Shown one piece after another: positions 1 to 12,800 of a stretch of DNA of 64,000 nt. The first letter of the stretch is position 1. Every line of letters starts with the position of its first letter. Below the pieces are notes generated by a model. It saw only the letters and a list, made by a program, of their open reading frames with translations, ran no database searches and was not told where the DNA came from. Both the position numbers and the translations under genes were made by a program. Source of the stretch: Amphiscolops sp. MND2022 (Eukaryota); assembly GCA_964187785.1 (NCBI GenBank), contig OZ076409.1, positions 23,686,001-23,750,000 on the forward strand, given 5' to 3'.

Positions 1-2668
1 CAAGATAAGCTTGATTGATGGATTTTTTAAGGCGGGGAGGCATCTTTGCGTAGAGCAGATCCTCTATCATTTGATGTGCGTTTTCCCCAAATGCTTTCTC
101 TGCACTTTCCTGGAGCTCTTCGAGGAAGTCAGGAAGTTTTTGGTTCTCGGGTTGAAACGAGAGTCTATGAAATCTGTGTTTTGCTGATGCACTAGACTCC
201 GGTTTTACATATTTCCAGCGGAACACCTTCAAGATGTCTTCCAGTGTTGTATTGGGGGTTCTTTGTATGTTTTTGAATGTTTTGAGTGCCAGACCTCTGA
301 GGTGTGCATGGAAATGATTGATCTTCATCTCCTCAGTGAGGTTGGGTTGCATGCGAAGAGTTGTATGAAATAGATCTTCAAAGTACTCAAATTGTTCATT
401 TTAATCATTTTTGCCATTAAACGTGAGTGTATTTTTTGGATGAAAGTGTGATTGTGGAGTGTTTTTGTTGGCTAATTTCTCTATTGCAAGTGCAATTTGA
501 TTAACTGGGTCAAATGGATTTGTAGTCGATGTTGATGTGTTTTGGTCTGCGCGGGATCCTAGAGTGTCGTTTAACTTTTGAGAGCTTTGCCTATGGAGTT
601 GTCGGTTGGCTCCTGTCACCATGTGATAATCCTCTAAAGACTCTGCGTCTGATTCTTCATCTGAATGTATAGTTACGCCTACATCGGACTCGCTCCGTAA
701 CAGAGACTTCGCGGGGTGTTTTAACTCCGTCATTTTAGACGCTCTAATAGGATTATCCTCATCTTCAGGTTCAGAATTTTCTATGTTGGATGCATGAACT
801 CCTATAGGCTCTTTACTCCTGGATCCTGACGGTCGCATATCTTCAGCTCCGTTAACTTGTGACCTGGGGTTTGTTACTGTAGAGTGGCTCCTGTTTGACT
901 TTATCTGTTTTAGAATAGTATCTAGTTTATTCTCCATTTCTTCTCTCATTTTTTCTATCCTATCATTGTTTTTTTGTTCGAAAATCTCAGTCCAAGCTTG
1001 TATTTCAGAACTAGTTTGGCTTGGTTCAACAAGTTGATTTCCCAGGTTAAGTCCACCTAAATTCTCATCAACATTTGAATTAGAATTAGTTAAAGTCATA
1101 TTACCTGTCTCAGGAGAATCAACTCGAGTCCTATTCCCTTCTCTTTCAGGAGACGGGGTTTCTAGACTTCTTGATCTTCTATTTCTCTTGTTTCCCATCT
1201 TTGCTCAACCAAAAACGATCAGGTTTATTGGGGAAGAATTTGAATTAGAATCCAAATTGGAAAAAAAAGAAGAAAGTGTTTAAAGGGTTCAGTGAATTGG
1301 ATCAACTGCACTTTGAGAAGGTTTTTTTTCAATTTAGTGTCTATTACAACCCTTTCCTTCAATCAAAATAAAAGAATGACAAGCACCTTTTCTAAACATC
1401 ATTGGGTCCTGGAATCATAAAAATAGAATGACATCAACATTACTTCATCCTATATATAGCTTTCCAATAATCACGGAATTATGACTACAAAGCTTAAAGA
1501 CCCTAGGAAAAATGCTGCAAAAAGATATATTAAGTGCTACAAACACTGTTCAAATGATGCATAGTTGCGTGACACTCAAAAGTTCCCATTTTGGACGAAA
1601 ACCGTATAATGCCGCATATACACATCACCTAATACCGTATGGTAACGTATAATCAAGCCTATTCAAAGTGCATGATGATGAGTAGTGATAATAGTAAAAA
1701 ACGTATGTTACCGCATGAATGACAAATCTAAAACCGCATGTTGCCGTATATGCTGAATACCTTTTTACGCATAATGCCGCATGATGTACATTGTAAAAAT
1801 GCTTCTTACCGCATATCAGATGTTCAAAATACCGTATCATGATGTATGATAATTTGGATGATGGTAGACTTAATCAATCTTATGCAACAATTCAGCACGT
1901 GCCTTATTATTTAATGGGTTTAATGCAATCAAAGAAGCACCTTAAGGACTACAATCGAACCCTTAAATAAATTTAAGAGACAAGGTAAACAAATAAATTA
2001 CATGACTTCATCAAAAGAGATTGTTTAGAAATGAGTCTTTTAGAGTTTTGAAATGTTTGTACAAAGGGTCTCATCACTCGTTCCTCTTTACTGCTGCACC
2101 ACGGAACCATCACATCTAGCTGGATGTGACACATGCTATCCAGTTAAACTTTTTCTACTTCTTTACTAATTGCAGTAACTGTTTTCTGATATAACATATT
2201 GTGATTTATTTCCGATAAATCGTCGAATATTCGGAAATTACGCTTTCGTTTTTTGCGTCCTTTGAGGCGGAACATGGGGGGTTTCGAATATAGCCAAACG
2301 CCGGGGCGTTTTTTTATTGCCAGGGACATCGCAGTTTCTGATATAACCCATACAACAATTACTTGGCATATGAAAATATGAAATTGGGATATAACATCTG
2401 ACGTCAAAATAATCTGCACGAATGTGTCATTTCAAAAATAAACTACGCATTCTCTGGGGTTGAAATAGTGGATTCAGGATAGGTGAAGAAATAGCTCGGA
2501 ATATGAAAGATCCAAAAGAAACTCGGAAAAATGGAATTTACTCGGAATCAGCTTCAAGTATATTATTGCTCAGTTTATTTCACTGCAGCAGCAGCGGTCT
2601 TTGGAAAACCTGATGTACCTGGATAATTGCTAGAAATCATAAATCACTTCTCAAGATAATTTATAACA
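1..2668 (-). mobile_element. 5' part of a Ty3/gypsy-like LTR retrotransposon (putative LTR 2668-622, PBS-like site 621-610, gag running off the window)
   Basis: Minus strand begins TGTTATAA at 2668 and ends TTATCACA at 622, followed by TGGTGACAGGAG; TATATATA near 1451-1458; gag-like protein downstream. The 2668 boundary is tentative. Confidence 0.7.
2..1198 (-). pseudogene. gag: gag-like ORF with one in-frame TAA at 403-401
   Basis: Frame stays open after the stop to the window edge: NEQFEYFEDLFHTTL..KINHFHAHLRGLALKTF..FLEELQESAEKAFG..LLYAKMP; homologous to the gag at 13040-13115. Confidence 0.75.
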
Positions 2669-3215
2669 TTGTCAGAACGATGAGGACGTGAAGGCGTTAA
2701 TCCCGTTCTCTTTCCTTTACTTAGGGGTAGACCTTTTACTATTGTGGCTTTCAGAGGGAATCCTTTCGCTAAGAGCTCGAACTAGTGATGATAATTCACT
2801 GTTTTGTCGATTCATTTTAGAGAATCTACGATCTATCCTAATTTGCGCATGATTTACCATCAATGCCATCACTCAGATGGTTGGGGTACATATCATATAC
2901 ACCCTCCTGATCAGTGTCATTGAATTCATTTAGAGAATCCATTCTATTTTAGTAAATTTATGGAAAAAAGTTGAAGTGTTGAATTGAATTTTTCAAATAT
3001 CGCGAAGAGTTTAACAAAATCAGTAAAGCTGGTAAGATGCTGGTAGTTGGGAGTACTAAATTGGAGTGATTAGTTGGTATTACCAGCCTATTTCGTTACA
3101 ATTTGGTCACGTGACTATACCAACCAATTACATTTTATTTACAAGACGCCCATTGAGCACCGGGAGATTTTCCGCCTTCTTCGCCTTGACCAACTGAGCC
3201 ATAGCTATTTTGGGC

Positions 3216-3358
3216 GGGGGAATAGGATTTAAAGAATAAGATATAAAATTTAGTGCTTTTTGATCTTATTCCCTTTAGATCTTATTCCCGTCCTGAAATT
3301 TTAGATCTTATTCCCTTCAGATGTTATTCCTATTTTTGACTTAAGATATTATTCCCCC
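3216..3358. repeat. Small MITE-like element
   Basis: GGGGGAATA...TATTCCCCC termini with internal GATCTTATTCC repeats. Confidence 0.5.
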
Positions 3359-6300
3359 TCTCCAAGCTGTTTTAGTTACTTGACTATTGACTATTTTGAG
3401 AGGGGTCGAAGTAGCAACTTCGAGATTTGGCAGAATTTGTAAAAAAAAAACGCTACACAGATTATGATTTTCCTCCCCCATTATATCCTCCACAGTACAC
3501 CGAGAAGTTGAAAAAGTGACAAAAAATAGCAAAAATTTTTTAAAGCCTATTTTCTCTACGAATAATAGCGACAGCTCAAATCGGTTTTCTGCTCCTAAAG
3601 CCCTTTACCTAAGCTTTCAAATGGACACTAGTTAGGCTGGGAGTTGGCGCCACTTTTGGGGTGAGAGCGCCACCCCGGCTGCGCGGGCCCGGCTTCGCCG
3701 GGCCTTTTAAATGACACTCGACCTTTTCGCTGAAGCTTCATTAAAAAAAACTTCTGTATGCGGTTTCAATGGTGCCAAACTGTGTTACTAGAGTGTAACA
3801 GTAACTTAGCAAACAGCTGCTGTGTTATTGAGAAAAGGTTAATTTTCTGAAAAGTATTTTTTGCAACTTTTCACTTTTTTCTAGTTACCTCTTTGCAGGT
3901 GGTTCGGAAAACAAACTATACTGACACAAATAACAACTCGCTCCAGGTAGTCCAATAGATTGTTGATTAGAAAAACAAAACTTCGTTTTCCTATAAGCTC
4001 TTGCGTTTCGTAATAATTTTTTGATTGTGAAAAAAATCGCTGTCCTCATTTGGGGACAAAAGCACTGTCGATGTTATGTGGGCGGAAAATAAAAGTCGTG
4101 AACGCGTGCAATGATAGTGTGATGGCGCAATTTACACGAATCAAGACTATGCATAGTAGTTGTAATGATATATAGTATGTGGGGTAATAATTGAATTGCG
4201 TTGAATGACTAAATATTTTAGTTAACAGTTCAGATAATGATCGAAGCAACTCATAGTAGACAATTATGGAAATTATATGATGGCTGGTGGTGTCAGTCGT
4301 GACAGGGTATTTGTTATTTAGTAAAACGTATCTTCACGGTATCATTCGACGACTGACAGCTTTCTTCGTCAGAATATTTTTACATCACAAAATGACAAAA
4401 GATTGAAACAGTTTGAAGCATCTTTTATTGACAGAGGATTTGTACAGTGGTTGTTCAGTACTTAACTTCATCATCCCCAATACAGTAAAATCGAATTGCA
4501 CCATTGCGACGACTGATTGTTTCAGTTGTTCGCTCACTTTTAATCACATGTATTCTTATAATTGATATTAAGTTCAAATATTCGTTAGTTCTGGGTAATG
4601 ACTTCCTTCCTTCGTTATATTCATGCAATTATGCACGACAAACGTTGAACTCTGCACAACTGAATTTCAATTTTGGCTTTACAGTGGTGAAACGTCAATG
4701 GGTACATTTTCAAATTTTTCATACTTAACACCCCCATTTCACATAGGTTTTATCAGTAATTATCTTCGAGACGAGGACTAGTACGTTAATGTCACTCGAG
4801 TTATGAAAGAAACATTTGTCATTAAGCTGTGGAAGTTCTCTGGAAAAGCTGATGTAAAGATCTAAAATAAACTCAGTGGGTGACGGTCTTGCGTGCCAGG
4901 CAAGGTTTATTTGCTGAACTACCTGAAATTTCAATGTGATATCTTTTTTTAGTTTCTTTGCTAATTTTTCGACTACTTATGAACTTTTTCTCCCGACCTT
5001 TCAAGGAAGTTTTCAAATTTCTCAGACTGCCCATCCGATTTTCGTAAAATTTAGCACAGTATTTCCACACCCAAAGGTGTTCCTGCATGGGTAGTGTCAT
5101 AATTGTCTGGAGAATCTGAGAAAGATAGCCAAAATAACTCCACAAAAGGATGAAATTTGGACTTATTCGATTCAAAAACTGTCCATAAGAATCGAACGAA
5201 ATCTTCACAGTAATTATACGCCATATTAGGGTCCTATGTGTGCAATGACATCAAAATCGTATCACCGGGATCTTAGAAGCATAGCCAAAATTAGAGACAA
5301 CCAAAACATAGCCAGGAATGACCCAAAAGTGATAATAAAGTACGTAATTTGTTTTTCAATATTTTGATCTGGCTCTGGTCTCAAAATTGTATTAGTCTGT
5401 TAAAAACGTCAAGCTCGTTATAGGAAAGTTAATCAATTCATTAGACTCGCCGATCAAAAACAAGCCAGAACGATACAGGATGTCACCTTGCTTTTTGGCT
5501 CAGAAGTATAGAAAAAAAGGACCAAAAATCAATTGAATAATCAATTTTCGAATGATTACAATTGAGACACGAAATTCCAAATTGTCAGTAATTGGGATTG
5601 AGACTGCTGTTCTCGCAGCTTGACGCTGTAACCACATATCCAGTCTTTGTCAATTTTTCAATATCTGATGTAACTTTTGAAGCTAGTTGCAGCTAGTTGA
5701 AAAAAGCACTCCGAAATGCCGCTGTAATAGTCGTTCTATTTTAAAATGTAGAGCCGACTTCAAAAACCCCTTAAGTATTCGCCTACTCATCGGACAAAGA
5801 TGCATTTGAAGACGAAGTTGGAAGAATAGTTTTGATTATCGACTGTGTGCTATCTTGTTTTCATAACATCCAATAACTTCCTCAAAGCTGTATTCCTCTA
5901 GAAACTAAAAATGGAAACGAATATTACGAAGCTTCTTGGTCTTGATCAAAGACATGGCAATTGCAGATTCGCAAATCTTGAATAAGACTGAAATCGGACC
6001 ACAGAGTTCATACACTCCCATTTTAAATCAAAGTATGTTATGATCTATCGTTCAAAGGCCTTCAAACCAAATAAAGCACACAGCCATGGTTTCGTACTTT
6101 AAAATACCTAGATAATTTCGGGAAGTGTTTTTACCACGCAGCCATTTGGTAAAATCGAGGTTTAAATTTTGCTATGAAACTGGTCCACTCACTCAACTGA
6201 TTGTTGCAAGTTTCAGTGGTGGCCTCTAATTGTATATGCGAGTTTGCTCTAAAACGTCATTGTACCCATTGGGAACACTAGGCCACGATTTTGAATACCT

Positions 6301-6450
6301 GTTACCTACTCCCCCAAAAATGTCAATATGTCTTCAAAGCTACCATATTTTGCACACAGGTTGAACTTCATGTATGAAAGACCTCTTGAAGTTCAAACGT
6401 TTTGTGAATTAAAATACTTGTCACAAGATGCCGCCGGCGGATAAATACGG

Positions 6451-9256
6451 TGTTGGTTTTCGAACTAGTCGTATTTGTTTTAGCAGGTGTTGACGTTCTG
6501 GCTACGGAGATGTTCTCAGGCTCAGAATCAGAATCTTGAATATTCGGATGGACTGGCTGTTTTTTACCTAATGGTGCTATGAGTTTCAACATTTCCTTTT
6601 GGTTCTCAGCTAACATTTTTGCTAAATCAGACATGATTTCTTTTCTTCAAGACGTTTTTATTTCGTCCAAGTTTTCAGGTTGAACTCTAAGGGTATTACT
6701 AGGACCAGCTATGGTATTCTCAGTTTGACTATTTTCAGCTACGGAAACTTCAAATTCTCCAGAAACAAGCTCACCTACTGCCTTTCTCTTCTGACTTTTA
6801 CTTGTCATTTGTTGAAAAATCAGAGTCTTCGGAAAAGGGCGAATTCTTCGATGAAGATATTTGTTTTAACCTTGGTGCAACGGCAATTGCAAAACTAACT
6901 AACTTTTACATGCAAGTTTAACATATTTATACCTTCCCAGCATCATTTGTTCCTCACCTAAAATTTCCTAGGTATCACAAAATCGGGTTTGTTCACTTAG
7001 AAGCGCTTATGATTCAAATTATTTCATTCGCGCATCATGAAATCAGGTATCGAAATTCCCAGTTGCGTCGCTACGCCGTAATACTGGTTGAAATATTTTT
7101 GGTCAGACATTTCCATTTCCTGTTTGTGCTTCAAAATTGCGGCAAAATAAAAGTCTATCTGACATTTTCAACGACGAAAGCACGCCGGCGTGATCAATCC
7201 CAACTTAGGAAAATGAGGTTCGAAGCAAGAAAATGACACTCAAAAATTGATGACGCAACTGAAGCGGAGCGGATTAGTTTGAAGGTTGAAACATCTGTAT
7301 ACTAATAAAAGGAACACACGATGCAGGCAAAGTGCTTTCAGAGATTGACTAAACGAATTTCGTATCATGAAGTTTATACTATTACATCACAAACTGAGCT
7401 TGAACTAAGGCACAACGTAGCCTTAACGAAAACAATGTTATTGGTACGAGGTGATACAAAACATAAAATCCCTGCAATAATTAATGCAACATCATTAGTA
7501 TCAAACACATTAAAACCATACGCAACATAAAGAAAAAAATGTTGAAACATATCCTTCACACTAATATTACTCTTAGTTTTTACAATAAAGAGCAATCGAA
7601 TTACACTTGATTGAGGTTTTTTTGATTAAGAAATCATCAGATAGCACCAACGTTAGTCTTACGTTGTTTTTCAGTATATCTTAAGAAATCACCATGATGA
7701 AATTTCCGAATACCAAATACCAGTAAGGATCTTATACAACGTAGGATTAACGTGTTATTTTTAATATTTCTGCTTTAGCAGGAATATTATTGGAATCTGG
7801 AAACGTCTACTTTTTTTTCAGAACAATTTTTCGGACGATCTGAAAAATTCAGATATTTTGTTCGGCAGTGAGTGTAAGCGAGAGATTTAAATTCAATTCT
7901 AGTGCGATGGAACGAGCGAGTGGTAATTATCCATTCGTATGCTGACGTCATTGAGATGAAGCGAGCGAATGTTCGTAATTGTGCTTTCGTTGCCCCGAGA
8001 TTCGAGATGAAGCGAATGAGTGTTGATTATTCGTTCGTTGAGCGCTTCGCCTGCATTCAAATGCAAATGCAAAACTTCGTCTACGCTTAGTAGTTATATC
8101 TTCTTTAGTCCGAGAAAAATTAAAGGCGGTGTACACTTGTACAGTGATTACATGTAATTGTGCGCTAAATAATGATTAAACAAGAGTGTATTGGTATTCC
8201 AGATATGATTCTTTTAACAATGATTTTTTGTTTTAAAAAATAAAGATTAAAGCAGAAATAGTACTGAGCCCCGGAGGGGCCTATTTTCAAATTGAGGAAT
8301 CAAATACATCAGAGATTCCAAACTTGGTCCGCTAAATCTTCATTACAGTACAACTTTCTTTATGCGAAATCCTAACTCTAAATTCTTTAAATGCCTCGAT
8401 TCAAAAAAAGCTTCATTCGAAATTCGTTTGAACCAATACTTCGTTGCTACAATTTTACAATTCGCTCCGTAGACGCTCCGTACGTGTAAGGATTAGTTAT
8501 AGTTGAGCAGCGGAGGCTGACGGAGAGAAAGCGGAGAGCGTAGGCAATTCCATGTCCTTTCTCATGAGTTGACGTGGCTAGTTGACGTGGCTAGGGGAAC
8601 AAATCGGGATTCTATTGGTTTGAGCTTAAATGTTTCAGTTAAGGAACGACGCTATTGGTCTGCAAAAATAGAAATACCAGTTGCTATCTTAGTTGATTGA
8701 CGCTGTCATAACGTTGTGGATACTTGCTTATATTACTTGACTGTAATTTAAATGAATTTTGGCAACTACTTCAGTAATGGAAAACAATTTCACTATACTA
8801 TTTTGTATTTCCTTTTAATTTTAGATTGTATGAATTCCGTTGGGATCGCGGAGTTAAATATTATTTTCCATGTTTCATTTTTAGTGTAGAGAAAAAAAAG
8901 AATGATCCCAGTATTGGAAATATTCTCGTTTCGGTATTTAGATTAGTATCGAGATTTCAGAAGACGAAACCGGAAGTAGAAAAAATGGTCGCGTGTGAAA
9001 ACTTTAGACCGGAAATTTTAGCTAAGATGACTTCTTTTCTAAAGTGTTTCGTAATGCTTACGTTGGATTTTGTGTTCCGAAAATTATCTACAAAAAGATT
9101 GAGAGAAAAAGAAAAAATTCGGCTGTACTGTAAGTAGCATTAGATTGATTTAGGACTAGGTTTAAAAGTATTCATGATACCCTTGTCCACGTCCTCTGTC
9201 GAGTCCTGTCAGTTCGTTGTAGCATGCACAATTGCAACCGGGAGCGGGTCGCGACA
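6451..9256 (-). mobile_element. Long solo LTR (~2.8 kb, 3' end damaged), relative of 49799-52909
   Basis: Starts TGTCGCGACCCGCTCCCGGT (cf. TGTCACAGCCCGCTCCCGGT); GATGCTGGGAAGGTATAAA matches the other LTR 18/19; internal frame from ATG 6808 with one TGA at 6649-6647. No TSD found. Confidence 0.7.
7950..8160 (+). repeat. Dispersed repeat, second copy at about 11010-11190
   Basis: Shared GAGATGAAGCGAATGAGTGTT, GCTTCGCCTGCATTCA and GAGAAAAAT.AAAGG.GGTGT. Confidence 0.7.
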
Positions 9257-9440
9257 CTAAGCTTCACAGGTGAAAGAAATGAGTAAACAAAAATGAAATT
9301 TCGTACTATCAGGATTTGTCAATGTGGTGAATGAAAGCGTGCTTGGGTGAGTGTAGGAAAATTGAGAGATTGAGAAATAACATTGGGGTCGAGGCCTTTC
9401 GTCAACAGTTTAGGAATTATTCTTTTGAAAAGCAGTTTGT

Positions 9441-9818
9441 TCAGAGATCATAGAAACACATGTAGAAATCGTCTTGATAAGAATCCTGATAGGACTGCAG
9501 TTGAGCACCTGCTTCAGGTGTAAAATATTGGAGACCAATCAAGTAAACTATTGGCTCCAAAAGTGGGCGACCAGTGGTGTTTTCAGAGACAAACCAGGTT
9601 ACATCCGGTGACGTCAGTAAAGTTTTGTTATCTACGCTCAAGTAAGTTCCTTTGTTTAACGCGTGATCAACATGTTGCTGAATGAATCCAAGAGCAAAGG
9701 AGTACGTTAGCAAAGATGCTGCCCCCGTTTTTTGCTTAAACCAGCGCCATGTGTATGCCATCTCTTCGTATGACCTCGGGTACATCATAAACATTCCCTC
9801 GTGTTCACATGAAGCCAC
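9441..9818 (-). CDS. Terminal exon 7: remainder of C-type-lectin-like domain
   Basis: Strong acceptor TTTTTATTTTTCCAG|GTG phase 0; VASCEHEGMFMMYPRSYEE, FALGF, terminal FYMCFYDL-stop; NKT and NTT sequons. Confidence 0.78.
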   Translation of the reverse strand: MASCEHEGMFMMYPRSYEEMAYTWRWFKQKTGAASLLTYSFALGFIQQHVDHALNKGTYLSVDNKTLLTSPDVTWFVSENTTGRPLLEPIVYLIGLQYFTPEAGAQLQSYQDSYQDDFYMCFYDL

Positions 9819-12800
9819 CTGGAAAAATAAAAATGTATCCATGCAATGCTTTCCTCGAACCGTAAGGCCCTTTTACATGAGCTTTGGAACACCGCATGCA
9901 AAACATTTGTGAATGTCAAAACTATTAGTCCGTGAGAAACATTGCAAAGTAGTGCAAAGAAACATTGCAAATTGAAGTCGAATTGATGTTCCAAAAGTTA
10001 TTTCACATTGTATTTTAGGAGTTTCAGAGATTTTCAACCTTCATTGAGCAAAATCTTAAAAACTACTGATCAGAAAAAAAACATCCACCGATCTTTTCGT
10101 AGTCTTAACACCATTTTTTAACTGTCATATTTAACACTTTTTCTTGAAATGTTTTCTCGAAAATGAAGAGCCAAAAACAGTTGTAATTCCGTCGAATTAT
10201 TTTTACTGACTAAAGTTTGAAGAGCTTTGTGATCATTTTGCGGTGTAAATTTATTAGGTGGGCGTTATTAGAGGGAGGGGTGGTGTCTAAAAAGTAATGA
10301 AGTCAAGTTAAAAATCTGAATCGAAGTTACAAAGTTTGTTTCAGGCATTTTTGTTTTTACCAGCGGTTTTCAATTGCATGATAAATTTCAGAAAGCCAAA
10401 AGACAAACCCATACTAAGCGTGATAACTTTTGTTCTTTTTGTTCGATTTCGAAACAAAAAGTACCTCTATAATTCTGATCAAAATTTGAGAAATATTTGC
10501 TCCCGTGACTTTTGTGTCATTTGAACATGTAGAAGTGTAATGTGATTAAAAGATTTTCTTGAGCAAAGTCGAGTGTCTTCAGTTTTTTGGTGCCCTAGTG
10601 CCCTTATCGCAACAGTTTCTACGTATTTCGATTTTTCGAATTTGAAGGTTTCTATTAAGTTTCGTGTTGAAAACCATTACCACGTTAAAAGAAGTTAAAC
10701 AGTTTATTTATAACTGATTGCGCGATTCGTCGTTTTTGTGGACAGTCATAGAAGTGTAGTTCAAGCATCAAGTACATACAAGAACTTAAATGTCGAAGAT
10801 TTGGATCATTTGTGGCGTATCATCAAAATGGCGACGACCGTGTCACTTGTTGAAAGTCCGTCCTGCGCGCGCTGAATTGATGTAGAATTAGGCCATGCTG
10901 GTTTGTTTTATCGTCCTATTTTGTCGCCATTTCTAGTTGCAGTGAGGCAGCGCTACTATATGCTTTTGGTTAAATTATTCAATTTTCGTAACAGCTAGGC
11001 AGCGCCTTTATTGAGATGAAGCGAATGAGTGTTAATTATTGATACATAGAGCTTCGCCTGCATTCATACACGAATGTCAAATTGCATATACGCCCATTTA
11101 TTGCACTTATTTTGGTAACAAATCCTAAAGTCAGAGAAAAATCAAAGGGGGTGTGAGCTGGTACAGTGAAATGAGTTTGCGCTATATAATACTTTTAAAG
11201 GACTGTATTGTATTGTTTTTTCGAACTTTCATAATAATGATGATTTTTGTCCAATTCTATTCTTGTTTTGAACCAACGTTTTCCGAAGAAAGCAAGATTC
11301 ATATTCTCGCTTTTTTTTCTCCAGCTCACGCGGAAAAGTCAACTCTTGTGTGAATTTTCCTATTAATTTTGTGAGGTTGGTACTGGTGTGTAGTGCATTA
11401 ACCCCCAGTAGTCACTGCGCGAGGTTTGTTAGTAGAGGGCTGTTATCATGCCAGCATATGGAAATATAGATTTTTGTAATATTTGTAATGTGCATAATAT
11501 GTCATATATACTTTTCAATGGGCAATATGGAACCATATAAAAACAATTATGGTTGTAGGCAGAGCCTATCTATATCTCCCTCCGCTGAGCATCATAAGGT
11601 TATCACAATAATCTATAATTATCATACTCTGAGCCCCTTATCAAGCGTCGTTTATTCTAGAAAGTGCTAGTGAACAATACATGCAATCATCTGATGTTAT
11701 CAAACAAATACATGAACTGAGACAAAAACTGGATTGAACTCTGGGAAAGAAAGTCAATGCCTCTCAGACCGAAAGGTCCTGTTGAAGTTCATCCATCATT
11801 CAGCGCTATCAGTCATCAAAAACCCATCAAAGACTGCTAGAGTATTGAGTTGTTCCGCCACTTTGTATTTAGTGTAATATGCAACTATCTATTCATCAAT
11901 TGGATAAATCCGAAGCAATACGCCACCTTGAGACTGAAATTATTGAGTTGAAACAAAGCAATAATAAACACTTCACCATACCAGATACCAGCCAATGGTG
12001 AAGTTAGAATCCTGGTATTTGTGTCTTATCACCAAAAGACATGCTTGAAGGTGACACAATTGAGCAACAGAAGTTGCCCTCAATAACTCGAGTTGTATAA
12101 TACAGCAAAAAGACTATAGTTGCGTCAAACTCTACTTTCTGCTTTCACTAAACTTTCATTTCGATTAAAAACTCCACAACGCATCTCTCTGTATCGTATG
12201 AGTACAATTTCACCACGAAAACTTAGTGATAAAATCATCCAGAATTTTTACGCCGATCTAAAGTCATCTGAAACTCATCTAAGTATAGAAAACGGACAGA
12301 ACCCCATCTCAAACTCACATTCAGATTCCAATATGTCTGAAAGTCATATAAAAAGCCAAAATCCCACTTCTCAGATGGAACTTAACCAACAAATTCAAAA
12401 ACTGCTGAATGGAATGATTGATGTCATGTCAAGTCACTGTTAGCTAATCTCACTCAACAAGGGATCTCTCTGTTAGAGGAAGAAAACGTTGACAGAGCAA
12501 CTAGCTCTTGTACACAAGAGCGTATCGACATAGTAACAGGAGTCAACCGGACCAGACGGACGGCTCTCATGACACACCCTATTCATCATGACAGCGACGA
12601 TGCATGTGAAGAAGATATAAGGACAACATCAGGATCATTGGACGCAGATCAACTTCTCTCTGCCATCCTCGATCGTTTCCGCCATTTTCAATCTACTTCT
12701 GCCAATAGAAAACGTCTTCACACCCACACACGTTCCGGACATCCTCAGGTCTCAGGGATAATTTCAATGAATTTGAACACTTGTCACTTAACCACTTCCG

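Noticed and set aside
401..403. Programmed readthrough of the TAA in gag
   Set aside because: It falls inside the capsid-like region rather than at a gag-pol boundary; a disabling mutation is simpler.
3686..3708. GC hairpin plus T run resembling an intrinsic terminator
   Set aside because: Eukaryotic context with no upstream gene; more likely the terminal hairpin of a rolling-circle element.
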